A stretch of DNA of 64,000 nt from an uncultured archaeon (GTDB lineage Archaea > Thermoproteota > Nitrososphaeria > Nitrososphaerales > Gagatemarchaeaceae): positions 1,056,001 through 1,120,000 of the forward strand of contig CAWFOU010000001.1 in the NCBI GenBank assembly GCA_963817525.1. The letters are read 5' to 3'. Below the pieces are notes generated by a model, which was not told where the DNA came from, searched no databases, and saw nothing but the letters and a program-made list of their open reading frames with translations. This document shows positions 8,359-17,334 of the stretch, one piece after another (the stretch's first letter is position 1; each line of letters opens with the position of its first letter). The position numbers and the translations under genes were made by a program.

Positions 8359-9564
8359 TCATTCTCCGGTCGAGCCAGACGACCGCACGAGGGAGGCCAC
8401 CGCCTGCTTCGCCTCGGAGGATACGAGGACCCCCGCGAGCTGCAGGACGCCCTTTACCCCCAACGCTGAGAGGGCCGCGCTGGCATGGAAGTCGAAAGAG
8501 CCGGAGGCGAGCTTCGCGGCGACCTTGGGCCGCTCAAGGGTCGCGACCAGCTTGTCGAGGTCCTTGTTCGAGAGGTTCTCGTAGATGTGCCTCAGCCTGA
8601 TCATGAGCCGATACTCCTTGGCGTACGTGTCCGACCAGTCAGGCTGGTATCGCGACAGGAGCGAAGGGTCCTTGAGGTTGACGGCGTCCGAGACCCAGCG
8701 GGCGGCGACGACCCCTCCCGCGACGGAGCTCGGGATCCCGCCCGCGGTTGTAGGCTTCACCTGCCCGGCGGACTCGCCGACGTAGACGGTGCGCCCTGAG
8801 ACGAACTGCTCTATCGGGCCTCCCACGTATATCGTGCAGGCGACCTTGCTGACTATCTTCGAGTCGCGCTCCGCGAGGAAGGCCTCCAGGGCCTTTGCCG
8901 CGTTTATCCCAAAGCCCGCCGCGCCGACCTTCGCTATCCCCGGTCCGCGGGGGATGACCCAGGCGAAGAACCCCGGGTACTTCTCCTGGTCGGTATAGAC
9001 CTCGACGACCCCGTCCGTGAACCAGTCTCCCTCCACCTCGTACTTGGCGGTGGGGACGAGCCCTTCCCTCCTGAACTTCATCACCCCGGTCGGCCCTGTC
9101 GCGTCGACGTAGTATGACCCAAGGTAGACGTCCGGGCCCGCGCCTACCTTGACCCCGTCGCCCCGGTCCTCGACGCCGGTGACCCGGGTCCCCAGCTTGA
9201 CCTCGGCGCCCCAGGCCTCCGCGTTCCCAGCGAGCTGCTTGTCGAAGGCGCTCCGATCGATCACCACGACGTTGAGGCGCGACGCGTCGAGCGAGGCTTT
9301 CCTCCCCGAGGGCGAGTAGACCACGCCCTTTGTGACTCGGCTCTGGATGCAGGACTTCTCGGGAGTCGCGTAGCGCCTCAGCTCTTCGAGGCTCACTAGG
9401 CCGTCGCACTTCTCGGGCTCGCCGATCTCCTTGTCCTCCTCGAGCACGAGGACGCTCAGCCCCCTCCTGCAGGCCTCCGCCGCGAACGTAAGGCCCGCGA
9501 CGCTCCCACCCCCGACCACGACGTCGTAGCGGCGAGAGGAGGATGTTTCTGAAGGGTTTGGCAT
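8359..9564 (-). CDS. Geranylgeranyl reductase family FAD-dependent oxidoreductase
   Basis: YDVVVGGGSVAG, PEKCDGLVS, IDRSAFD, FAWVIP, GESAGQVKPTTAGGI; start ATG 9564. Confidence 0.88.
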   Translation of the reverse strand: MPNPSETSSSRRYDVVVGGGSVAGLTFAAEACRRGLSVLVLEEDKEIGEPEKCDGLVSLEELRRYATPEKSCIQSRVTKGVVYSPSGRKASLDASRLNVVVIDRSAFDKQLAGNAEAWGAEVKLGTRVTGVEDRGDGVKVGAGPDVYLGSYYVDATGPTGVMKFRREGLVPTAKYEVEGDWFTDGVVEVYTDQEKYPGFFAWVIPRGPGIAKVGAAGFGINAAKALEAFLAERDSKIVSKVACTIYVGGPIEQFVSGRTVYVGESAGQVKPTTAGGIPSSVAGGVVAARWVSDAVNLKDPSLLSRYQPDWSDTYAKEYRLMIRLRHIYENLSNKDLDKLVATLERPKVAAKLASGSFDFHASAALSALGVKGVLQLAGVLVSSEAKQAVASLVRSSGSTGE

Positions 9565-9637
9565 GCGATCGACCGGGTCCGAAGCCGAAGCAAGCCTTAA
9601 CCCGGCGCGTAATAACCCTTCGAATCCGGTGGCCGGG

Positions 9638-9997
9638 GTGTCCGAGATAAAGCAGGTCATAGTGGTCCGGTCTGACCTTGGCATGGGCAAGGGGAAGGTG
9701 GCCGCGCAGGTGGCGCACGCGGCCGTCGACGGTGCGGAGACGGCGAGGCAGAAGAATCCCAAATGGTACGACTCGTGGATGGGGCAGGGGCAAGCAAAGG
9801 TGGTGCTCAAGACGGATGGAGGCGAAGCGGCGCTCGTGGATCTCCAGAAGCAGGCGAGGAGCCTCGGCTTGCCGGTTGCGCTTATCCAGGACAGAGGCCT
9901 GACCCAGGTCGAGCCGGGGACGACGACGTGCCTAGGGATAGGGCCCGGGCCGGCCGGCGAGATCGACAAGGTCACCGGCAAGCTGAAGCTCCTTTGA
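9638..9997 (+). CDS. pth2: Peptidyl-tRNA hydrolase Pth2
   Basis: KQVIVVRSDLGMGKGKVAAQVAHA, IQDRGLTQV, GIGPG, KLKLL. Confidence 0.95.
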   Translation: MSEIKQVIVVRSDLGMGKGKVAAQVAHAAVDGAETARQKNPKWYDSWMGQGQAKVVLKTDGGEAALVDLQKQARSLGLPVALIQDRGLTQVEPGTTTCLGIGPGPAGEIDKVTGKLKLL

Positions 9998-11259
9998 CGT
10001 GCGTCCTGCCTCCCGACGCGGACGTCGACTCAGGCCTGGTCGTTTACTCTACCCCGGGCGGCCGCCACGAGGGGAGGCTGCGCACGAGCTTCCAGGACTT
10101 CCAGGTCCAGGAGCTGATCTCGCTCAAGGACGTCGTGGAGGCAAGGGGGCCTGGGCTCGTCCCAATCTACAGGGTGACCAAGGCGGGGGTCGACACCCCT
10201 CACGTCGCGCGGGAGATAGCCGCGATGATAAAGAGCGAGGTGAACTTCGCGGGTCTCAAGGACAAGAACGCGACCGTCGTCCAGTACCTCAGCGCGAGGA
10301 GCAGCAGGGCGCTGGCCCCTCCGGAGCTCCGAGGGAGCAGGTTCGAGGCGAAGCTGGTCGGGTTCTCAAGGCCGGTGACTCGCGCGCTCCTGACCGGGAA
10401 CAGGTTCAGGATCCTCGTGGAGACTTCGGAGGACATCGGGGGCGACATCGAGGCGTGCTTCAGGGCCTGCGGCGAGAGGCACGTGGCGAACTTCTACGGC
10501 TATCAGAGGTTCGGGCTGAAGGGAGGAGTGAACAGGAGGGTGGGGAAGGCGGTGGTGTCGAAGGACTTTCAGGGGGCCGTGAGACTGTTGCTCGCCGAGC
10601 CGAGGGAGGGGGAGGATGAAGACACCAAGGAGGCGAGGAGGCTCTGCGGGGAGGGGAGGTACGCGGAGGCGGTGTCCCTCTTCTCGCCTCACCAAGACCT
10701 GGAGAAGAGCGTCGCGTCGAGCCTGGCCCAGAAGCCGGGGGACCACGTGGGGGCGCTCAGGAGGATACCCATCCCGATAAGGCGGCTCCTCGTGAACTCA
10801 TACCAGTCGTATCTCTTCAACCTCGCGCTGAGCCGCGCCGTCGCTGAGGGGGTCGACATATCGAAGGCGAGGGCCGGAGACAACTGGGCCGCCGTGAAGG
10901 AGGGGGGCCTCGCGATGGGGAGGGTGCACGGGGTCAAGGAGGCCCCGGAGGGCGACGCCGTTCCGCTCCTGCAGATCGTGGGGTACGCGCACAGAGACTA
11001 TGGGTCGAGGCTCGACGGCGTGCTCTCCGAGGTCATGAAGGAGGAGGGCGTCGACCCGGGCTCGTTCTACGTCAAGGAGGCCGAGGAGGTGAGCAACGAA
11101 GGGGGCTTCAGGTCCGCGCCACTCCTTGCCGTGGACCTCTCTTCAGGGATGGAGGAGAGGGGTTTCGTGCTGGAGTTCTCGTTGGCGAAGGGCGAGTATG
11201 CGACCGTGCTCTTGAGGGAGCTGTTAAAGCCGGAGCAACCTAGGCTGGCGGGCTTTTAG
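9994..11259 (+). CDS. truD: tRNA pseudouridine(13) synthase
   Basis: DFQVQE, FAGLKDKNATVVQ, GNRF, NFYGYQRFG, FSLAKGEYATVLLRE; TTGA overlap with pth2 stop. Confidence 0.92.
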   Translation: MTCVLPPDADVDSGLVVYSTPGGRHEGRLRTSFQDFQVQELISLKDVVEARGPGLVPIYRVTKAGVDTPHVAREIAAMIKSEVNFAGLKDKNATVVQYLSARSSRALAPPELRGSRFEAKLVGFSRPVTRALLTGNRFRILVETSEDIGGDIEACFRACGERHVANFYGYQRFGLKGGVNRRVGKAVVSKDFQGAVRLLLAEPREGEDEDTKEARRLCGEGRYAEAVSLFSPHQDLEKSVASSLAQKPGDHVGALRRIPIPIRRLLVNSYQSYLFNLALSRAVAEGVDISKARAGDNWAAVKEGGLAMGRVHGVKEAPEGDAVPLLQIVGYAHRDYGSRLDGVLSEVMKEEGVDPGSFYVKEAEEVSNEGGFRSAPLLAVDLSSGMEERGFVLEFSLAKGEYATVLLRELLKPEQPRLAGF

Positions 11260-11261
11260 GG

Positions 11262-11717
11262 CTAGGATACGATGCCCAGCCTGCGGCGATAGTCGTAGTC
11301 CTTCTTTATCGCGGGGTGCGAAGGATCGACGAGGATGCACTCATACCACCTGTGCTTGCCGTCCACCCAGAGCTCGTAGGAGCCAAGGAGCTTCAGGTTC
11401 GTGTGCTTCTCCTTGACGCGCCTCTCCGCTACCTTCTGGACGGGCTCGTCCGACTTCATCCTGAGGACGCCCAGGTGCTTCGGCCTGCGGCCAGAGGTGG
11501 GGCGCGGCCTCCTCATCCCTCCTGCGGCGACCTTTATCCTGACCACGACGACGCCTTCCTTGGCCTTGTAGCCGTACATCCTCGCCTTGTTCAGGCGCGA
11601 GGGGCGCTCGATGCGCTCCATGGTCGGCCCTCTCCGGAGCTCGACCGCCCTCTGGAGGATGTCGCCGGACTTGTCCTTGAAGACCTTCTGCCAGGTCTCC
11701 CCTATCTGCCTATACAA
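11262..11717 (-). CDS. rpl15e: 50S ribosomal protein eL15 (short form)
   Basis: RIERPSRLNKARMYGYKAKEG, GRRPK, AERRV, WYECILVDP. Confidence 0.95.
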   Translation of the reverse strand: MYRQIGETWQKVFKDKSGDILQRAVELRRGPTMERIERPSRLNKARMYGYKAKEGVVVVRIKVAAGGMRRPRPTSGRRPKHLGVLRMKSDEPVQKVAERRVKEKHTNLKLLGSYELWVDGKHRWYECILVDPSHPAIKKDYDYRRRLGIVS

Positions 11718-11767
11718 ATCGAACGTTGCCCCGCTTCAAAAGAGGAAGATAAGTCTTCGGGTTTCGG

Positions 11768-12454
11768 GTTCTGGCGCGTCTTAGGGAATGAGGTTTTTCG
11801 AGGTAGGGGTGGTGCAAGTCGGGAGATGCTCACGCCACGTCCCCAAAAAATCACGCAGCATTATTGAAACGACCACCCTAACCCATGAAGGGGTGCGGAA
11901 ACCACGGTCCTATTCCGACAGGAAGAGGATTCGACGGAGAGAAATCTACCTGGCCGAACACCGCCGGGGCGGGGACGGAAGAGGCGACTATCTCGTAAGA
12001 ATAGACACCATAAGGCACAAGGAAGGTTATAGTGGACAGACTCTGATTGTTTGCGTGGGAAACTTCGTCCTCGGGCCATGGAAGAATCGTTGCGTTCGGG
12101 GGATTTGATTCGGTCAAGTTCCCTACGGCGCCGTTCGAGAGCCTGATGCTCCAAGGGACCCAACCCAATGTGTAGTGACCCCCCCAGAGGTCTTCTTGGA
12201 TGAAAGTCAATTCATGTAACCCCGCAGCGGAACTTGAACTTGCCGTTCGAGAGTAGGTGGTTGTTGTCGTTGTCTCCGTCCTTGACAGGTCGGTGGATGC
12301 GGAAGTCAGCGAGCCGAGCAGCAGGAAGGTAGACAGGAAGGTGAAGCTGACAGTCAGGATGCTCATGGTCCTTGAACGCATCACAGTCCTACCGGATTCT
12401 TGGCAACTGCCTGCTTAATTAGGGCATTCCATCTGATTCCCTCGAGGCCCAAGT
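11768..12454. mobile_element. Putative cargo cassette 1: conserved left end (11768-11829) and right end (12408-12454) around one gene
   Basis: Both ends match the ends at 42547-42609 and 42936-42982; lower GC than flanking genes. Confidence 0.55.
11878..12384 (-). CDS. Hypothetical secreted/surface protein (cargo gene)
   Basis: Hydrophobic N-terminus, Thr/Ser-rich linker, then beta-rich domain (LTFIQE..WSIRLSN..TITFLVPYGVYSYEI); atypical codon usage. Confidence 0.6.
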   Translation of the reverse strand: MMRSRTMSILTVSFTFLSTFLLLGSLTSASTDLSRTETTTTTTYSRTASSSSAAGLHELTFIQEDLWGGHYTLGWVPWSIRLSNGAVGNLTESNPPNATILPWPEDEVSHANNQSLSTITFLVPYGVYSYEIVASSVPAPAVFGQVDFSPSNPLPVGIGPWFPHPFMG

Positions 12455-12582
12455 CCGACCCCTCAATTTAAGGGGAGTCTTCCCATCTAGGCCTATGTGA
12501 GGCCTCAGAAGTTGTAGGTTGACCTGATTCCGTCGGAAGTGATTTTTTGAGCCGAGCGGTCGTTGTCTGTCCCTCTGGATTG

Positions 12583-13503
12583 CTATTGTCTTGCGGCGAA
12601 GAACTGGTTTATCTTGGCCCCGACTATCGTGACAGCCGTATCCTGGGCGTCCTTGGTCTGCCCTCCAATGTGCGGAGTGGTGATGATGTTCGAGGCTGAC
12701 ACTATCTCTGGCCCGGGGGGCTCGTGCTCGAAGACGTCGAGGGCGGCCCCGCCTATCTCCCCGGCCTCCAGCGCCTTCACCAGTGCGGCCTCGTCGATGA
12801 CCTCCCCGCGGGAGGTGTTGATGATGACGGCGCTCCGCTTCATCAGGGAGATACGCCTCGTGTCGACCATGTGCCTCGTCTCGGATGTCAGGGGGACGTG
12901 GAGCGTGATGAAGTCGGAGGACGCGAAAAGGGAGTCCAGGTCGACCATCCTGCACCCCAGCGCCGCCAGCGTCTCCTGCGGCACCTCGATTACGTCGTAG
13001 CCAAGGAGTGAGAGGCCCAGCGCCCTGGCGATCTCCGCGACCCTTCTCCCGATGCGCCCGAGCCCCGCGATGCCGAGCGTCTTCCCCTTGAGCTCCGTCC
13101 CTACGAACCGCTGCTTGTCCCAGACGCCGGACTTCATCGAGGCGTCGGCTGCGGGGATGCTCCTCGCGACGGCGAGCATGAGTCCGACCACGTGCTCGGC
13201 TACCGCCTCGACGAGGGCCTCGGGGCTGTTCACCACTTCGACCCCCCTGGCGTTGGCCGCTCTCAGGTCTATGTTGTCGAGCCCCGTCCCGGGCCTCGCT
13301 ATGATCCTCAGGCGCGTGGCGCGCGCTATGACCTCCGCGTCCACCTTGGTGCGGCTGCGGACGACCACCGCGTCGTAGCCCTCCACTTTGGCGAGCAGGT
13401 CTTCCTTGGTGATGCTAGGCTCATAGTCTACCTCGAACGCGTCGGTGAGGCCAAGGGTCGCGACGTCCAACGTGTCGCAGACCAGGACTCTGCGCTTCGC
13501 CAA
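12583..13503 (-). CDS. D-3-phosphoglycerate / D-2-hydroxyacid dehydrogenase
   Basis: RPGTGLDNID, GIAGLGRIG, INTSRG, ALDVFEHEP, TPHIGGQT. Confidence 0.92.
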   Translation of the reverse strand: MAKRRVLVCDTLDVATLGLTDAFEVDYEPSITKEDLLAKVEGYDAVVVRSRTKVDAEVIARATRLRIIARPGTGLDNIDLRAANARGVEVVNSPEALVEAVAEHVVGLMLAVARSIPAADASMKSGVWDKQRFVGTELKGKTLGIAGLGRIGRRVAEIARALGLSLLGYDVIEVPQETLAALGCRMVDLDSLFASSDFITLHVPLTSETRHMVDTRRISLMKRSAVIINTSRGEVIDEAALVKALEAGEIGGAALDVFEHEPPGPEIVSASNIITTPHIGGQTKDAQDTAVTIVGAKINQFFAARQ

Positions 13504-13504
13504 T

Positions 13505-14812
13505 TCAGGCTCCTTCTAGCTTGGGTATTTTTCCTGCTGTTAAGGCTATTGGAGAGACCTCGTACCCGAAGCCGGGAGAGTAAGGGGACTCCACCTGCTG
13601 GAGCTGCTCCACGGTGGCGCCGAGTGAGACCACCATGGAGGCGGCACTGGAAAGCGAGGATGCGCGCCACCCCGCGACCTGGACCCCGTAGACTCGGTGC
13701 GTCCCCGCGTCGTAGACGATGGAGACGAAGGTCTGCCTCTTGGCGCCCCTCTCGAAGTTGGACACGCTTCCCATCTCCGTGGAGGCCTCCAACCCGATGG
13801 CTGAGGCCTCCTCCCCGCTCAGCCCGGCGGCGCAGAACTCCAGCCCGAAGTACGTCTGCTCGAAGGCCCAGGAGGGGGTCGCGAAGGCATTCCCTCCCGC
13901 GGAGTTGGTCCCGGCCACCTCTCCTCCCATCCGACTCGTCGAGTACAGCCTGGCGGCGACCGAGCCGGACTTGAAACTGATCTCCGCCGAGTCGCCCGCC
14001 GCGAACACCCCCTGCTGGGTCGTCGCCATCCTCGAGTCGACCAGGAGTCCGCCGTCCCGCCCCTTCTCGCAGTCGACGAGGGGAACCGAGGGGGCGCTCC
14101 TGGGAACGACCACCACGGCGTCGCAGGTGCTCACCTTCCCTCCAGAGACCACTGCCTCCGCCTTGGAGACCCCTAGGATCGAGTCCAAGGAGCCGTCGAT
14201 GATGACCGCGCGCTCGGCCTCGGGACCTGAAGCGGCGGCGCGCCGTATGGCGGCCGCGACTAAAGTGGAGAACTGCCTCTCGAGGCCGTCCCTCCCGCAG
14301 TAGACCCTCGCAGTCTTGCCCCGCCTCGCGAGCGCCTCTCCGAGCCTGAGCGCCAGCGGCACCGGTCCCGAGACGGCCACCACGGCCAGAGAGTCCATCG
14401 CCCGGGAGAGAGCCAAAAAGTCCGCGACCTCACTCATGACGAAGACGTTCTTCTTCGAGAGCCCTCTGAGCGGCGGCGGTTGGGCCGCTGAGCCCGTGCA
14501 CACCACGACAGAGTCGAAAACCAGGCCCGCCGCCCTCCCTGAGGTCTCCAGGAGCAGGCCTCCGCCCCTCCGCCTGACGGCGGCGACACCCTCCCCGGTC
14601 CATGCCAGGACCCCCGCCCCGGCGAGTCTCCCCGCCTGGGGGAGGACGAGGTCTTCCTCCGTCCACCCATCCGAGAGCAGCAGGGGCATCAGCGCCTTGG
14701 ACACCCCCACCTTCCTCGAGGACTCTACCAGGGTGGTCTCCGCGCCCTGAGAGGAAGCCGCTAGCGCGGCGGAGAGACCCGCGACGCCGCCTCCGATGAC
14801 CGCGACCTTCAT
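13505..14812 (-). CDS. Divergent FAD-dependent pyridine nucleotide-disulfide oxidoreductase (NADH oxidase/CoADR-like)
   Basis: IGGGVAG, VVCTGS, GVFAAGD, C-terminal dimerization domain with ESPYSPGF. Confidence 0.75.
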   Translation of the reverse strand: MKVAVIGGGVAGLSAALAASSQGAETTLVESSRKVGVSKALMPLLLSDGWTEEDLVLPQAGRLAGAGVLAWTGEGVAAVRRRGGGLLLETSGRAAGLVFDSVVVCTGSAAQPPPLRGLSKKNVFVMSEVADFLALSRAMDSLAVVAVSGPVPLALRLGEALARRGKTARVYCGRDGLERQFSTLVAAAIRRAAASGPEAERAVIIDGSLDSILGVSKAEAVVSGGKVSTCDAVVVVPRSAPSVPLVDCEKGRDGGLLVDSRMATTQQGVFAAGDSAEISFKSGSVAARLYSTSRMGGEVAGTNSAGGNAFATPSWAFEQTYFGLEFCAAGLSGEEASAIGLEASTEMGSVSNFERGAKRQTFVSIVYDAGTHRVYGVQVAGWRASSLSSAASMVVSLGATVEQLQQVESPYSPGFGYEVSPIALTAGKIPKLEGA

Positions 14813-14897
14813 CCTCCACCGGCAGGGGCGTTTCCGTGAAAAAGCTTCGTCCCGGATGGCTTTTTACCACCTGCAAGAGGAAGCGCAGAATGGCGCG

Positions 14898-15473
14898 ATG
14901 TCTTCCACCCTGGGGTACGTCTTCTGGCACAGACCCCGCTCCGGGGTCTCTCTCAGAGCGTACGAGAAGAAGCTCTCTGACTTTCAGGCATCGTTGAAGG
15001 CCCACCCGCCCAACGGACTCATCGACGCTTTGAGCTTCAGGGAGAGCACCTCGGCTTGGTCGAAATCCCGGTCGACGACCTACGAGGACTGGTATCTGGT
15101 GCGGGACTACAAGTCGCTCGGAGCTCTCAACCAATCTGCCGTCGCGGACTCGAACGCGAGGCCGCACAACGAGATCGCGAAGGAGGCGGACGACGGCGTC
15201 GGGGGGCTGTATCGTATGAGGCGGGGCGGCCTCAGCCTGCGAGACGCGCGCTTCGCGACCTGGCTGGGGAAACCGGCGCGGACTCCTTATCAGAGCTTCC
15301 TGGATGGCCTGTCCATGTTGACGGAAGACCGAGCGACAGATCTTTGGCAGCGGCAGATGGTCCTGGGTCCGGCACCCGAGTTCTGCGTCCACAGCAAGGG
15401 CCCGCTCGGGCTTCCTAAGGACTGCAGGCCCTTGACGGTGCGCGTACGGCTGGTCGCGGAGACCGCACAATGA
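14898..15473 (+). CDS. Hypothetical protein
   Basis: GYVFWHRP..YEDWYLV..LWQRQMVLGPAPEFC; ATGA overlap with ychF start. Confidence 0.6.
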   Translation: MSSTLGYVFWHRPRSGVSLRAYEKKLSDFQASLKAHPPNGLIDALSFRESTSAWSKSRSTTYEDWYLVRDYKSLGALNQSAVADSNARPHNEIAKEADDGVGGLYRMRRGGLSLRDARFATWLGKPARTPYQSFLDGLSMLTEDRATDLWQRQMVLGPAPEFCVHSKGPLGLPKDCRPLTVRVRLVAETAQ

Positions 15474-16672
15474 TAGTCGGGATCCTGGGGAAGCCCAACG
15501 TAGGCAAGTCGACTTTCTTCGTCGCAGCCACCCTAAAGAGCGTCCCCATCGCGGATTTTCCGTTCACCACGATAAAGGCGAACGTCGGGATGGCGTACCT
15601 CAGGACCAAGTGCGTCCACGAGGAGATGGGTGTCGTCGACAAGCCGAAGAACTCGGTCTGCGCGAACGGCATCAGGCTCATCCCGGTGAAGCTGATCGAC
15701 GTGGCCGGGCTCGTCTCCGGAGCGTCGAGCGGCCGGGGCCTCGGGAACCAATTCTTGGAGGACATCATGCAGGCCGACGCCATCATACACGTGGTCGACG
15801 CGTCGGGGTCGACCGACCTCGAGGGGCAGAAGACCACCCCCGGCAGCCAGGACCCGATAAAGGACGTGGAGATGGTGGAGAACGAGGTAGACCTCTGGCT
15901 CTTAGGGATCATAAAGCGCGACTGGGAGAAGGCCTCGAAGCTGGCGGAGCAGCTCAAGACCAGCATCGCGCCCGCCCTGGCCCAGAGGCTCACAGGGATA
16001 GGGATCAGCGAGGCCATGGTTGAGGAGACCCTCCTGAGGCTCCACCTCAAGGCCGACAGACCCCTGAGCTGGGGGCCGGGCTCCCTCGAGTCCCTCGTCA
16101 GGGCGCTCAGGGAGAGGAACAAGCCCAGCCTGATAGCGGCAAACAAGGCGGACCTCCCGACCGCGTCGGATAAGCTGCCCGCGCTCAAGGCCTCCGGGAA
16201 GACGGTGATCCCCTGCGCCGCGGAGGCGGAGCTCCTCCTCAGGAAGGCCGCGGAGGCAGGAGTGGTCGCCTACACCCCGGGAGACCCGGCCTTCAGCGTC
16301 ACGAAGGAGGGCCTCACCCCGGCCCAGGTCAGGGCGCTCGAGCTGGTCAAGGAGAAGGTGCTCTCGGTCTACGGCGCCACGGGCGTCCAGCAGGCCATAG
16401 ACCAAGCCTACTTCGGGCTCCTCAAGGCTGTGGTCGTTTACCCCGTCGAGGACGAGACCAAGCTTTGCAACAGGGACGGGGACGTGCTGCCCGACGCGTA
16501 CGTGATGAACGGGGGGTCCACGGCCGTCGACCTGGCTAGGAGGATACACAGCGACCTCGCCGCCACGTTCCTCTACGCCATCGACGCGAGGACGGGGATG
16601 CGGCTCTCTTCGGACTATGTCTTGAAGGACAGGGATATCGTGAAGATCATTTCAAGCGGCCGGCGCGGCTAG
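15470..16672 (+). CDS. ychF: YchF/OLA1-like Obg-family ATPase/GTPase
   Basis: GKPNVGKST, FPFTTI, DVAGLV, GLGNQFL, ANKAD, TGS domain. Confidence 0.93.
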   Translation: MIVGILGKPNVGKSTFFVAATLKSVPIADFPFTTIKANVGMAYLRTKCVHEEMGVVDKPKNSVCANGIRLIPVKLIDVAGLVSGASSGRGLGNQFLEDIMQADAIIHVVDASGSTDLEGQKTTPGSQDPIKDVEMVENEVDLWLLGIIKRDWEKASKLAEQLKTSIAPALAQRLTGIGISEAMVEETLLRLHLKADRPLSWGPGSLESLVRALRERNKPSLIAANKADLPTASDKLPALKASGKTVIPCAAEAELLLRKAAEAGVVAYTPGDPAFSVTKEGLTPAQVRALELVKEKVLSVYGATGVQQAIDQAYFGLLKAVVVYPVEDETKLCNRDGDVLPDAYVMNGGSTAVDLARRIHSDLAATFLYAIDARTGMRLSSDYVLKDRDIVKIISSGRRG

Positions 16673-17290
16673 CTCTTCGACCTGGACTTCAACAGCCCCG
16701 GGCTGTGGCCTGCCGATGAGCTTGGTCTTCCTGACGCCGACGTGCCTCAGCCTTGTGACCTTCCTCGCCTCGTTGTAGACGTCGGAGGCGAGCTTCTGGA
16801 GGACGGTCTCCTGGACGAACTGGTCGTAGGTCAAAGAGGCGGCCCTCTCCTCCATTATCTTGTCGATTATCATGCGGATCTCGTGCTTCTTCGAGGAGTT
16901 CATCCTCCCCTGCGAGAGCGCGATGGTGTAGACCCTGACGGTGTATCCGTCCTTGGTCTTGTAGTCCTTGATGAAGTCGGACATCGACGAGCCCCTCCTG
17001 ATGAGGCTGCGGAGGTACTCCCTCGAGAACTCGTGCCCCTTCAGGATGGTGTAGGCCGTGTCGCCTTCCACCTTGTCTATCTGGAAGTATAGCTTGAAGC
17101 TGTAGTGCTGAGGGTCCTGCTTGAGGATGTCATAGAGGGTGGTCTCAACGACGCGCCCGGCCGGCTTCTCCACGTCTGTGATGGGGACCCTTCCGATGGG
17201 CGCGTTTCCGAACGATGGGGAGGCGAGCACCGTGACCCATTGCTTCAGCTTCCACTTGTCACGGACCTTCCCGGAGACCTTCTTAGGCAA
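16652..17290 (-). CDS. rps3ae: 30S ribosomal protein eS1 (S3ae)
   Basis: RDKWKLKQW, GRVVETTLYD, SREYLRSLIRRGSS, TKDGY. Confidence 0.95.
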   Translation of the reverse strand: MPKKVSGKVRDKWKLKQWVTVLASPSFGNAPIGRVPITDVEKPAGRVVETTLYDILKQDPQHYSFKLYFQIDKVEGDTAYTILKGHEFSREYLRSLIRRGSSMSDFIKDYKTKDGYTVRVYTIALSQGRMNSSKKHEIRMIIDKIMEERAASLTYDQFVQETVLQKLASDVYNEARKVTRLRHVGVRKTKLIGRPQPGAVEVQVEELAAPAA

Positions 17291-17334
17291 CTAGCTTGCC
17301 GCCCTGATTTCTCTGGCTTAAAAACATCAAGCCC

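Noticed and set aside
9565-9993. N-terminal extensions of GGR (540 aa) and TruD (498 aa) in the ORF track
   Set aside because: They overlap pth2; true starts are near 9564 and 9994.
11262-11717. Truncated eL15 as a pseudogene
   Set aside because: Core motifs are intact with a clean stop; short eL15 is, as I recall, typical of this phylum.
11768-12454. Classical integron attC sites
   Set aside because: Ends start with GTT, but there is no RYYYAAC...GTTRRRY hairpin downstream of the genes, no tandem array and no integrase.
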